Source: an uncultured Candidatus Rokubacteria bacterium
GTDB lineage: Bacteria > Methylomirabilota > Methylomirabilia > Rokubacteriales > CSP1-6
NCBI GenBank assembly: GCA_963747235.1
Contig: CAVVEU010000040.1
Location: 480,001 to 544,000 of the forward strand
Length of the DNA: 64,000 nucleotides
Direction of reading: 5' to 3'
In this document: positions 20,943 to 30,714 of the stretch, piece after piece
How the letters are laid out: each line of letters opens with the position of its first letter
Position numbering within the stretch: the first letter of the stretch is position 1
Translations under genes and position numbers: made by a program
Notes under the pieces: model-generated
Database searches by the model: none
What the model was told of the DNA's origin: nothing
What the model saw: the letters and a program-made list of their open reading frames with translations, nothing else

Positions 20943-21905
20943 CTAGTCGTAGAGGTGGCAGGCTACCAGACGGTCGGACGTCCGGCGGAGGGCGGGCGGG
21001 TCGGTGGCGCAGCGGGGCATCACGTGAGGGCAGCGCGTGTGGAAGCGGCAGCCCGCGGGCGGGGCGAGCGGGCTCGGCACCTCGCCGGCGAGCACGATCT
21101 CCTGGCGGGGCGTGTCGAAGTCGATCGGCAGCGCCGCCGCGAAGAGGGCCTGGGTGTAGGGATGGCGTGGCGTGAGCGCCACCGCCGCCGCGTCGCCCCA
21201 CTCCACGATCTGGCCCAGGTACATCACCGCGATGGTGTGGCTCATGTGCGCGACCGCGGCCAGGTCGTGGGCGATGAACAGGTACGACACGCCGAGCCGC
21301 TGCTGCAGATCGCGCAGCAGGTTCAGGATCTGCGCGCGGATGGAGACGTCGAGCGCGGAGACCGGCTCGTCCAGCACCACCAGGCGCGGCGACAGCGCGA
21401 GCGCCCGCGCGATGGCCACGCGCTGCCGCTGGCCGCCCGAGAACTCGTGCGGGAAGAGCTCGGCCGCGCGCGCGGGCAGGCCGACCAGGTCCAGCAGCTC
21501 GAGCACGCGCCGGCGGCGCGCGGTCCGGTCCATGGGATCGTTGATCACGAGGGGCTCGGCGACGATCGCGCCCACGCGCATGCGCGGATCGAGCGACGCG
21601 TACGGATCCTGGAACACCGCCTGGACTCGCCGGCGGTAGCGCCGCATCCCGACGCGATCGAGCGTCAGCACGTCCTCGCCCTCGAACCGGATGGCCCCCG
21701 CGGTCGGCCGCTCGAGGCCCAGCACCAGCTTGGACGTGGTGGTCTTGCCGCAGCCCGACTCGCCCACCAGGCCGAACGTGGTGCCGGTCTCGATCGTGAA
21801 CGAGATCGAATCGACCGCGCGGACCAGCCCGGTGGACCGGCCCAGCAGCCCGCGGCGGACCGGAAAATGCTTGGTCAGCCCCTCGACCTCGAGCAGCGCG
21901 CTCAC
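20943..21905 (-). CDS. Oligopeptide/dipeptide ABC transporter ATP-binding protein (OppF/DppF-like)
   Basis: GESGCGKTT, FSGGQRQR, DEPVSALD, C-terminal GCRFHTRC. Confidence 0.93.
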   Translation of the reverse strand: MSALLEVEGLTKHFPVRRGLLGRSTGLVRAVDSISFTIETGTTFGLVGESGCGKTTTSKLVLGLERPTAGAIRFEGEDVLTLDRVGMRRYRRRVQAVFQDPYASLDPRMRVGAIVAEPLVINDPMDRTARRRRVLELLDLVGLPARAAELFPHEFSGGQRQRVAIARALALSPRLVVLDEPVSALDVSIRAQILNLLRDLQQRLGVSYLFIAHDLAAVAHMSHTIAVMYLGQIVEWGDAAAVALTPRHPYTQALFAAALPIDFDTPRQEIVLAGEVPSPLAPPAGCRFHTRCPHVMPRCATDPPALRRTSDRLVACHLYD

Positions 21906-22896
21906 GCCGGCGCCTCGAGCCAGCAGCGCGCCACGTGCCCGTCGCCGACGGGCGCTCGGGCGGCGCCTCCACCCGGCACCGCTCCATGACGTGCGGGCAG
22001 CGCGGCGCGAACGCGCAGCCGCCGGGCAGCCGCGCCAGGTCCGGCGGCTGGCCCTCGATGGCGGTGAGGCGCTCCGCGCGCGCGCCGAGGCGCGGGATGG
22101 ACTCGAGCAGCGCCCGGCTGTAGGGATGCGCGGGCCGGGTGAAGAGGCGCCGCACCGGCCCCATCTCCACGATGCGCCCGGCGTACATCACGGCCACCCG
22201 GTCGCAGATCCTCGCCACGATCCCGAGATTGTGCGTGACGAAGACGAGGGCGAACCGGTGCCGCTGCTGGAGCTCCTTGAGCAGGCCCAGGTACTGCGCC
22301 TGGATCGTGAGATCGAGGCTCGTGGTCGGCTCGTCCGCGATGAGCAGGCGCGGCGGCGCCGCGATGGCCATGGCCCCCACCACCCGCTGGCGCATGCCGC
22401 CCGAGAGCTGGTGCGGGAACGCGCGCAGCCGCTGGCGCGGCGACGGGATGCGCACCGCGGCCAGCAGCGCGGCCGCCCGCTCGGTGAGCGCCCGCCCGCG
22501 GAGGCCGTGATAGAGCGCGACCGGCTCGCGCATCTGCATGCCGATCGAGAACACCGGGTTGAGCGAGCTCATCGGATCCTGCAGGATCATGCCGATCCGC
22601 CGGCCGCGGATCTCCCGCATCTCGTCCTCGCTCCGGGTGAGGAGGTCCAGGCCGTCGAGCAGCACCTGCCCGCCCAGGATGCGCGCGGCGGGCCGCGGCA
22701 CCAGCCGCACCAGGCTCAGGCACGTCATGCTCTTGCCCGAGCCGGATTCGCCCACGAGCCCGAGCGTCTCCCCTTCCCCGATGGCGAACGAGACCCCGTC
22801 CACCGCCTTCACGGTGCCCCAGCGGGTGACGATGTGGGTGCGGAGGTCGCGGACGTCGATCACGGGGGGCGGCGTCACGGAGGATCGGGCGCTCAG
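21902..22896 (-). CDS. Oligopeptide/dipeptide ABC transporter ATP-binding protein (OppD/DppD-like; frameshift ~21960)
   Basis: GESGSGKS, LSGGMRQR, DEPTTSLD, GCAFAPRC within ORF 20791..23715; start CTG 22896 or GTG 22878. Confidence 0.9.
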
Positions 22897-23777
22897 AGCT
22901 GGCGGAGCTTCGGGTCGAACGTGTCGCGCAGCCAGTCCCCGAGCAGGTTGAACGCGAGGACGACGAGCAGGATCGCCAGTCCGGGAAACAGCGACACCCA
23001 CCACGCGCTCGTCACGACGTCGCGGCCCTCCGCGATCATGGAGCCCCAGGCCGGCGTGGGCGGCGGGATGCCCGCGCCCAGGAAGGAGAGCGAGGCCTCC
23101 ACGATGATCACGTAGCCGATCTGCAGCGTCACCAGCACCATCAGGGTGCCGAGCGTGTTCGGCAGGAGGTGCCGGGTGATGATGCGCCAGGCCCCCGCGC
23201 CCGCGATGCGGGCCTGCGCGATGAAGTCGAGCTGCATCAGGGTCAGCACCTGGCCACGGATGACGCGGGCGTAGCGCGCCCACAGGATCACCGCGATGGC
23301 CACCACCACGTTGGTGAAGCTCGGGCCCACCGTCACGGCCAGGATCAGGGCCAGCAGGATGACCGGGAAGGACATCGTCGCGTCGGTCACGCGCATCAGC
23401 ACCGCGTCCACGCGGCCGCCGTAGTAGCCCGCGGTCAGCCCCACCGCGGCGCCGAAGGCGCTGGCGAGCAGGACGGTGACCACGCCCGCCGAGAGCGAGA
23501 TCCGCGAGCCCCAGACGATCCGCGAGAGCATGTCGCGGCCCAGCCGGTCGGTGCCCAGCGGATGGGTCCAGCTCCCGGCTTCCTCCCACACCGGCGGCTT
23601 GAAGCGATTCCGCAGCGATTGCGCGTGCGGGTCCGGCAGGCCGAGCAGCGGGGCCACCAGGGCCATCAGCAGGAAGAGGCCGATGACCCCGAGCGGGAAC
23701 ATGGGCAGCCGCCACCCGCGGGAGGCGGGCGGGGCCGCGACCTCGGGCAGGACGAGGGCCGCCGGCTCAGCGGGCAT
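22893..23777 (-). CDS. ABC transporter permease (OppC/DppC-like)
   Basis: HPLGTDRLGRD, RHLLPN, EASLSFLGAG, FNLLGDWLRD. Confidence 0.93.
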   Translation of the reverse strand: MPAEPAALVLPEVAAPPASRGWRLPMFPLGVIGLFLLMALVAPLLGLPDPHAQSLRNRFKPPVWEEAGSWTHPLGTDRLGRDMLSRIVWGSRISLSAGVVTVLLASAFGAAVGLTAGYYGGRVDAVLMRVTDATMSFPVILLALILAVTVGPSFTNVVVAIAVILWARYARVIRGQVLTLMQLDFIAQARIAGAGAWRIITRHLLPNTLGTLMVLVTLQIGYVIIVEASLSFLGAGIPPPTPAWGSMIAEGRDVVTSAWWVSLFPGLAILLVVLAFNLLGDWLRDTFDPKLRQL

Positions 23778-24687
23778 AGCGGATGCGCGGGTCGATCCAC
23801 GCGTAGAGGCAGTCCACGCCGAGGTTCACCACCGCGACGATCGCCGCGGTCGTCAGCACCACCGCCTGGATCACGGGAAAGTCGCGCGAGCTGATGCCCT
23901 CGTAGGCCAGGCGCCCGATGCCGGGCCACGCGAACACGGTCTCGACCACGATGGCGGTGGTGACCAGGATCGCGAAGTAGATCCCCGCGAAGGTGACCAC
24001 CGGGATCAGCGCGTTGCGGAGGGCGTGCAGCCAGATGACCCGGCGCTCCGACACGCCCTTCACCCGCGCCAGCTTCACGTACTCCGAGTCGAGGACCTCC
24101 AGCATGCCGGAGCGGAGCAGGCGCATGAGCCCGGCCACCACGAACCACCCGAGGGTGAAGCCGGGCAGCACGTAGCTGGAGAAGCCGCTGATGCCGCCCG
24201 CGGGCAGCCACTGCAGCCGCCCGGCCACGAACTCCACCAGGAGAATGGCCACCCAGAAGGTGGGCAGCGATTGCCCGAGCACCGAGATGACCTGGGCGGT
24301 GCGATCGAGCCCGGTGCCCTTCTTCACCGCGGCCATGATGCCGAGCGGGAACGCCATCGCGAGGGACACGCCCATCGCGAAGGCGGCGAGCTTGAGCGAG
24401 TTGGGCAGGCGCTCCCGGATCAGCTCGCTCACCGGGCGCCGCGCGCGCAGCGACATCCCGAAGTCGCCGGTGACCGCGCGCCCCACGAAGGAGAGGTACT
24501 GCTCGACGTAGGGGCGGTCGAGCCCCAGGTAGCGGCGGGCGTTGTCGAAGTCCTCCTGGGACGCCGACATCGGGAGGATCAGGTAGAGCGGGTCCCCGGT
24601 GGCCCGCGCCAGCACGAAGACGACCACCGACACGATGGCGAGCGCGATCAGGGACTGCAGCAGGCGGGCGGCGATGAAGCGGAGCAT
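23767..24687 (-). CDS. ABC transporter permease (OppB/DppB-like)
   Basis: GLDRP, GDFGMS, ARVKG, HALRNALIP, VETVFAWPG, DPRIRY. Confidence 0.93.
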   Translation of the reverse strand: MLRFIAARLLQSLIALAIVSVVVFVLARATGDPLYLILPMSASQEDFDNARRYLGLDRPYVEQYLSFVGRAVTGDFGMSLRARRPVSELIRERLPNSLKLAAFAMGVSLAMAFPLGIMAAVKKGTGLDRTAQVISVLGQSLPTFWVAILLVEFVAGRLQWLPAGGISGFSSYVLPGFTLGWFVVAGLMRLLRSGMLEVLDSEYVKLARVKGVSERRVIWLHALRNALIPVVTFAGIYFAILVTTAIVVETVFAWPGIGRLAYEGISSRDFPVIQAVVLTTAAIVAVVNLGVDCLYAWIDPRIRYAR

Positions 24688-24728
24688 GGCGCGGGGTACG
24701 GTTACCGTTTAGAGCCTTGAGGCTTGTT

Positions 24729-24771
24729 CTAATGGGGGGGAGCGGCGGCGCTCCTCCCCCATGCCCCCACC
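24729..24771. repeat. REP-like intergenic hairpin, family A, copy 2 (opposite orientation)
   Basis: ctaatgggggggagcggcggcgctcctcccccatgcccccacc resembles the reverse complement of 2650..2696; lies between SBP and permease genes. Confidence 0.65.
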
Positions 24772-24807
24772 ACACGATCATCCGCGCGCGACCATTCCGG
24801 CGTTCGC

Positions 24808-26394
24808 TTATTTGCCGGAGGCGAGCTGGTCGAAGAAGAGGTCGTACATGACGCTGCCCACGTTCCACTTGGCCAGGCTCTTGGACGTCGCGTACGGCGA
24901 GTGCAGGTAGACCACCGGCACGCCGTAGTGCTCGCTGCGCAGCCGCGTGTAGACATTGCGCATCAGCGCGTTGATCTTTTCCCGGTCCGTCTGGCGCATC
25001 ACCTGCGACAGCATCCCGTCGATCTCCGCGTCGTTGACGGTGTCGGAGGGCTTCGACGCCGAGTACGCCTGCTTCTCGAGCAGGGCGTAGGCGCCGATCC
25101 AGTCCCGGTTGGCGATGTTGAAGTAGCCGACCGCGCCGGGGGCGCTGCGATCGAACCACGCCTTCCGGAAGGCCGGATAGTCCACCGGGATCAGCCGCGT
25201 CTTGATCCCGAGCTTCTCCCAGTAGCCGGCGACCGCCTCCGCCATCGTCTTGCCTTCGGGGAGCCCGGGGAGCTGGTAGGCGTACATGTCCAGATTGAAG
25301 CCCGCGCCCACGCCCGCGTCGGCCAGCAGCTTCCTGGCGCGCGGCACATCGTAGGGGTACATCATGTCCTGCGTCGGCTTGAAGCCCACGTCCTTGAAGG
25401 ACCAGGAGAGCCCGAGCGGGACGGACGCGGGCTCGGCCTTGCCCCCGAAGATGGACTGGGCGATCTCGGCGCGATCGATCGCGAGGTTGAGCGCCTCCCG
25501 GACCCGCTTGTCCTTCGACGGCCCCACCCGCCCGTCCGGTCCCAGGACCCACCACATGGTGAGGATGGATTCCTCGCGCCGGTAGTGGATCGGGAATCCG
25601 TCCTTCTCCACGTCCTTCACCCGCTCGCGGCTCAGCTCGGCCACGTCCACCTCGCCCCGGCGCAGCAGCGCGATGCGGGTGGTCTCCTCGGGCACCAGCC
25701 GGAAGGTCATGGTCTTGTACTTCGGGGTGCCGATGCGCCAGTGGTTGTCCCCCGCGGTCAGCGTGATGTGCGAGCCGGTCACCTGCTCCACGAACTTGTA
25801 GGGCCCGCTGCCGATCGGCTTGCGCGCGAAGACGTCGTCCCCCACCGACTCGATGTACTTCTTCGGCGTGATCATGCCCTCGGTGGAGAGCGAGCGGGAC
25901 AGGTAGAGCGGGATGATCAGCGTGGGCTCCTTGGTCACGATGACCACCCGGTCGGGAGCGGGCGTCTCGATGTCCTGGATCAGGGTGCGCAGCGGCCCCG
26001 CGTACCCGGTGGTGGAGCGCTTGCCGATGTCGCGCATGATGCTGAACTTCACGTCCTCGGACGTGAGCTCGTCCCCGTTGTGGAACTTGACGCCCTTCCG
26101 CAGGTGGAAGGTCCAGCGCTTGAAGTCCGCCGAGTTCTCCCAGCGGGTGGCGATGCCGCCATCGCGGGAGGGCTGGCCGTCCGGCGTCGTGCCCACGAGG
26201 TAGTCGAACATCATCGAGAGGTAGTACTTCACGAGGTGGCCCCCCAGGGGCGGATCGAGCACCTCGGTGGCGAAGCTCGACAGGGCGATCGTGAGCTCGG
26301 TCTTGGGCTGGGCCCAGCCGGTTCCGACCACCACCATGCCCAGGAGCGCCAGGACCAGCAGGAAGACTCGGGCCATCGCCGTCGCACGCTTCAT
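24808..26394 (-). CDS. ABC transporter substrate-binding protein, family 5
   Basis: LRKGVKFHNGDELTSEDVKFS, PIGSGPYKF; GAGGAG RBS before ATG 26394. Confidence 0.92.
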   Translation of the reverse strand: MKRATAMARVFLLVLALLGMVVVGTGWAQPKTELTIALSSFATEVLDPPLGGHLVKYYLSMMFDYLVGTTPDGQPSRDGGIATRWENSADFKRWTFHLRKGVKFHNGDELTSEDVKFSIMRDIGKRSTTGYAGPLRTLIQDIETPAPDRVVIVTKEPTLIIPLYLSRSLSTEGMITPKKYIESVGDDVFARKPIGSGPYKFVEQVTGSHITLTAGDNHWRIGTPKYKTMTFRLVPEETTRIALLRRGEVDVAELSRERVKDVEKDGFPIHYRREESILTMWWVLGPDGRVGPSKDKRVREALNLAIDRAEIAQSIFGGKAEPASVPLGLSWSFKDVGFKPTQDMMYPYDVPRARKLLADAGVGAGFNLDMYAYQLPGLPEGKTMAEAVAGYWEKLGIKTRLIPVDYPAFRKAWFDRSAPGAVGYFNIANRDWIGAYALLEKQAYSASKPSDTVNDAEIDGMLSQVMRQTDREKINALMRNVYTRLRSEHYGVPVVYLHSPYATSKSLAKWNVGSVMYDLFFDQLASGK

Positions 26395-26489
26395 GTCGGA
26401 CGCTCCTCGGTTGGGGGGCCGGTGAAGTTTCACTCGCGGGCAAACCTTAGCCCGGGAGGGGGCCCGACGGCAAGCCCCGCGGGCGGCGA

Positions 26490-27158
26490 TCAGTCCCGCG
26501 GGGCGCTGGACTTGGTGAGGTCGAGGACGGCGGGAAGCTGCGGGGCCTGGCGGGACAGCTCGAGCCGGGTGATGCGGGACATGTTCCGGACGGTGTCGCG
26601 GATCTGCTCGGCCGACTTGATCGCGCGCTGGACGTACGCGGCCGCCGGCTCGGGCACCTGCCCGCGCGCCATCATGAGCTGGAGGCTCGCCATGATCACG
26701 GTGAGCGGGTTGTTGATCTCGTGCGCGGTCGCGAGCGCGAGCTGGCCGACGGAGCGCAGGGCCTCCGCCTCGCCCGCCCGCGCATCGGACCGCTTGATGT
26801 CGGTGATGTCGTGGGCGTGGCCGAGCACGTAGTCCGGCCCGCCGGGCTCCCGGCCGCGCACGTTGCTGTACGTCCAGATGCGCTCGTCCCCGTCCCGCGT
26901 CACCACGAGCATGAGCCCCTCGTCGGTGGCATCGCGCCGGATCCGGGCGAGGTACTCGGGGAAGAGATGCCGGACCGGGGGGGCGAGCAGGTCGCCCATG
27001 CTGCGCCCGACCAGCTCGTCCGGGGTGTAGCCGAGGCGCTCGGCCGCGGCGCGATTGACCGAGAGCAGGACCCCGGCCAGATCGTGGGTGCAGATCAGGC
27101 CGCGGCTCTGCTCCACCAGCTCGCGATAGCGCTGCGGGGACAGCTCGACGCGGGGCAC
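26490..27158 (-). CDS. PAS + HisKA protein lacking HATPase domain
   Basis: PAS (ICTHDLAGVLLSVN...LGYTPDELVG), H-box AHEINNPL; ends ~60 aa later. Confidence 0.78.
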   Translation of the reverse strand: MPRVELSPQRYRELVEQSRGLICTHDLAGVLLSVNRAAAERLGYTPDELVGRSMGDLLAPPVRHLFPEYLARIRRDATDEGLMLVVTRDGDERIWTYSNVRGREPGGPDYVLGHAHDITDIKRSDARAGEAEALRSVGQLALATAHEINNPLTVIMASLQLMMARGQVPEPAAAYVQRAIKSAEQIRDTVRNMSRITRLELSRQAPQLPAVLDLTKSSAPRD

Positions 27159-27172
27159 CGCGGGCTCTCCGC

Positions 27173-27547
27173 TCAGGCCAGCGAGAAGGCCCGCTGCACC
27201 GCGCCGACCAGGTCGGCGATGGTGAAGGGCTTGGCGAGCACGGGCACGCCGCTCTGCCGGAGGAACTCGTCGTACTCCTCGGCCTCCGCGTACCCGGTGA
27301 CGAACACGAGGCGGCTCTGCGAGGCCGGGTAGTGTAGCTCGACCTCGCGGAAGAGCCCGCGCCCGTCCATCTTCGGCATCGCGAGATCGCTCACGATCGC
27401 GGAGTAGACGTTCTCGGCCAGGAGCCGCAGCGCGTCCGTGCCGTCCACCGCGGTGTCCACGTGCTCCCACTCCTCCCGCAGGATCTCCGCCTCCAGCTCC
27501 CGGACGTTCGTCTCATCCTCGACCACCAGAATGCGCGGTTCGGACAC
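27173..27547 (-). CDS. Single-domain response regulator
   Basis: ILVVEDE, SDLAMPKMDG, FVTGY, KPF; GAGGAG RBS before GTG 27547. Confidence 0.88.
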   Translation of the reverse strand: MSEPRILVVEDETNVRELEAEILREEWEHVDTAVDGTDALRLLAENVYSAIVSDLAMPKMDGRGLFREVELHYPASQSRLVFVTGYAEAEEYDEFLRQSGVPVLAKPFTIADLVGAVQRAFSLA

Positions 27548-27606
27548 GGGCTGCTCCTCTCGGTACCGGAAATGGCCGGGCTCACGGGCCCGGCGCGGCA
27601 TTTTTG

Positions 27607-27622
27607 TGCAAGAAGTGCACCA
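27607..27622 (-). promoter_or_regulatory. Putative sigma-54 (-24/-12) promoter for the RR + PAS-HisKA pair
   Basis: Minus strand TGGTGCACTTCTTGCA = GG-N10-GC ending TTGCA. Confidence 0.55.
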
Positions 27623-27640
27623 CGGGCCAGGCCACACAAA

Positions 27641-28177
27641 TCAAGGGCTTATCAGGGACTTACGAGACCGGCGGGAGCGGGGAGACTGCTGGGAAATGTC
27701 AGTGCGGGCGCGCCTACGGTCAGCGTGGGCGCGCTTGCGCGCGGCGCGGGTCTCGGCCTCCTCGACGGAGTGCGACGCGGTGAGCGTCGTATCGCGCTTG
27801 GCGATCTGGGCGAGCGTCTGGTAGTGCCGGTGCAGGGTCGCCACCTCGTGCTCGGTCAGATCCTCGACGTTGATCAGCCGGTTGCTCGCGCCCTGCAGCA
27901 CCGCCACGATCTCGTTCAGCTTGAGATGGATCGCCAGCGAGTCCTTGTTCTGCGAGCGCTGGATCAGGAACACCATGAGGAAGGTGACGATGGTGGTGCC
28001 GGTATTGATGACGAGCTGCCAGGTATCCGAGAAGTGGAAGACCGGCCCGAGCAGGGCCCAGACGATGATGACGCCGACCGCGCCCGCGAAGGCCTGCGAG
28101 CTACCCGTCCAGACCGTGACCGCCCGCGCGGAGCGCTCCAGCCACCTGCTCCCGTCCGTCTGCCGTCGCTTGGCCAT
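27641..28177 (-). CDS. Low-affinity iron permease family membrane protein
   Basis: FSDTWQLVINTGTTIVTFLMVFLIQRSQNKDSLAIHLKLNE signature. Confidence 0.88.
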   Translation of the reverse strand: MAKRRQTDGSRWLERSARAVTVWTGSSQAFAGAVGVIIVWALLGPVFHFSDTWQLVINTGTTIVTFLMVFLIQRSQNKDSLAIHLKLNEIVAVLQGASNRLINVEDLTEHEVATLHRHYQTLAQIAKRDTTLTASHSVEEAETRAARKRAHADRRRARTDISQQSPRSRRSRKSLISP

Positions 28178-28197
28178 CGCGTGATCCTCCGGAGCGC

Positions 28198-29575
28198 TCA
28201 GCTCATCGGCCAGCGGGAGCGCGGGAACGAGACGCCGGTGCGGGCCTGCAGCCGCTCGCCGATCTCCTGCACGCGCGCGAAGAGGCGCGGCTCGTCCACG
28301 AAGCTCTGCCGGTAGGCGTCCACCACCACCCGCCCGTCGATCACCACGGTGTGCACGCTGCGGCCGTCCGCGTTGTAGACCAGATTGTTGACCGGGTTCC
28401 AGAGCGCCTGCCATTCCGGGCGCAGGGTGTCGAAGCAGACGAGATCGGCCTTCTTCCCGACCTCGATCGAGCCCAGCTCGTCGCCCAGCCCCATCGCCTG
28501 CGCGCCCTGGAGCGTCGCCATCTCGAGCGCGGTCTCCGCGGGGACCTGGCGCGTGTCCTGGCGCGCGTCCTTGTACTGGATCGCCGCCATGTTCATGGTG
28601 CGCACCATGTCGAGGTGGTTCGAGTTGTTGGGCGAGTCGCAGCCGAGCGCGACCTTCACGCCGCGGGCGAGGAACTCGGGCATGCGGCCGTGCTGCGGCA
28701 CGCCGCGGCCGCCCTTGGCCGCGGTGACCGGGCACATCGCGATCGCGGTGCCGGTCTGCGCGACCACGTCGATCTCCGCCTCGTCGAGGCCCAGGCAGTG
28801 GGCCAGCAGCACGTTCGGCCCCAGCACCCCGATGGACTGCAGGTAGGCGGTCGGGCTGTGCCCGTACCGGGCCACCGCGTCCTCGCGCGCCTTGGTCCCG
28901 CTGTTGTGGTGCAGCGTGAGGCCGCTGCCGCGCTCGTCCACCACCCGCTTGAGCGCCTGCAGCAGGCCCGCGCTGCACGTCTCGTACGAGAACGGCATCG
29001 CCCACGCCCGGATCCGCCCGTCGAGCCGGCCGTTCCACTTCTCGATGAACGACGTGGTGCGGGCCACCGCCTCCGGCGCCGGGTAGCGCGGGCAGCTTCC
29101 ACGGCGCCTCCTGGTCGGTCACCGCCTCTCCGAGCACGACGCGGATGCCCGCGTCCTCGTAGGCCTGCAGGCACGCGTCGGGGAACTGCGTGCTCCCGGG
29201 GTCGAGGAAGCACACCGTGCCGTTGCGGACCAGCTCGACCAGGCCGAGCAGGGTGGCGTGGTACTCCTCGTCCTCCGTCATCGCCGATTGCAGGTTGAAG
29301 ACGTGGAGCAGCGGGCTCGCCTGCTCGTCGGGAAAGATGCCGCGCACCGGATGCGCGTAGCTGATGTGCATGTGCCCGTTGAAGAAGCCGGGGGTGATCA
29401 CGAGATGGCGCCCGTCGATGACGCGGGCGGCGCGCGCGTCGGCCAGCTCGGCCGCCTTGCCCACCCGGGTGATGCGGCCGCCCTCCACCAGGATGGCGCC
29501 GTCCTGGATGATGCGGCGCTGGCGATCGACGGTCAGGATGTACCGCGCGTGATCGATCTTGAGACTCTCTGCCAT
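28198..29575 (-). CDS. Amidohydrolase family (SsnA/deaminase-like; frameshift ~29090)
   Basis: PGFFNGHMH, LAHC, ALGCD, GSIEVGKKADL, V-IDGRVVV. Confidence 0.88.
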
Positions 29576-29696
29576 GGAGCGCCGCCTCCCGGAACGGGGA
29601 TGATGAGCCGCCCGGAGTCTACGTCGGCGGGCGGGCCTTGTCCATCGGACGCCCCTCCCCGATGGTCGGACGTCATGGATGCTATGGTCGGGCGTC

Positions 29697-30586
29697 ATGA
29701 CGCTCGCGCATACGGCCCTCGTGCTCGCGGTGGTGGTCATCTGGGGCCTCGCCTTCGTCGCCACCCGATGGGCGCTCGACGACTTCTCGCCGCCCCAGCT
29801 CACCGCGCTGCGCTTCCTCATCGCGGCCGCGCCCGCGCTCGTGCTGGCGCGCCCGCGCGTGCCCTGGCGCATCCTCGTTCCGATCGGCCTCACGCTGTTC
29901 ATGGGCCAGTTCCTCCTGCAGTTCTTCGGGATCGCCTCGGGCATGCCGCCCGGCCTCGCCGCGATCGTGGTCCAGACCCAGGCGCTCTTCACGATCCTCT
30001 TCGCCGCGCTGGCCCTGGGCGAGCGCCCCGGCCGCCGCGAGTGGACCGGCACCGCGCTCGCGTTCGCCGGCCTCGGGCTGATCGCGCTCACCGTCGGTCG
30101 CGACCTGACCGCGGCGGGCCTCGCGCTGACCGGGCTCTCCGCGGTGAGCTGGGGCGTCGGCAACGTGCTCGTCAAGCGGCTGCCGCCGGTGGACATGCTG
30201 CGGCTCATGGTGTGGCTGAGCGTGATCCCGCCGCTGCCGTCGCTCGCGCTGTCCCTCGCGCTCGACGGCCCGCGCGCGCTCGGCGACGCCCTCGCGGCCA
30301 GCTCGTGGCTCGGCCGCGGCGCCGCGCTCTACCTGGGCCTGGTCGCCACCGTGCTCGCGTACGCGATCTGGGGCGGCCTGCTGCGCCGCTACCCCGCCGC
30401 GACCGTCGCGCCGTTCGCGCTCCTGATCCCGTTCGTCGCGGCCTACGCTTCCTCGCTCGCGTTCGGCGAGCGGTTCGGCCCGCTCCGTCTCGCGGGCATG
30501 GGGCTCGTCCTGCTCGGACTCGCGGTGATCGTGGCGCCGATCGGCGCGACGGGCCGGGCCCGTCGCATTCCGGTGACACCGGGTAA
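29697..30586 (+). CDS. EamA family exporter (3' end uncertain)
   Basis: IWGLAFV, ALRF, GMPPGLAAIVVQTQALFT, VAPFALLIP; no in-frame stop where expected. Confidence 0.83.
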
Positions 30587-30592
30587 AACCGC

Positions 30593-30611
30593 CCGGGAAG
30601 AAACTTCCCGG
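30593..30611. terminator. Perfect 8-bp hairpin downstream of EamA gene (possible terminator or operator)
   Basis: CCGGGAAG-AAA-CTTCCCGG; no poly-U tail. Confidence 0.35.
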
Positions 30612-30683
30612 AGGCCGGCCGGAGGGGCCACGCCCTCGGGCGCACTCCGCCATGGTGACGCGGGTTTCTCCACGCACGGTCGC

Positions 30684-30699
30684 TGGCACGTCAGTTGCT
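30684..30699 (+). promoter_or_regulatory. Putative sigma-54 promoter for the MEDS hybrid kinase
   Basis: TGGCACGTCAGTTGCT matches consensus TGGCACG-N4-TTGC(T/A). Confidence 0.7.
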
Positions 30700-30714
30700 G
30701 TTCACTCTCCGCCC

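Noticed and set aside
28198-29575. Amidohydrolase as an SAH/MTA deaminase linked to ahcY
   Set aside because: 19 kb from ahcY, and substrate specificity cannot be read from the motifs
27641-30208. Apparent amidohydrolase-iron permease fusion (855 aa)
   Set aside because: Artefact of the frameshift near 29090; the permease has its own start at 28177
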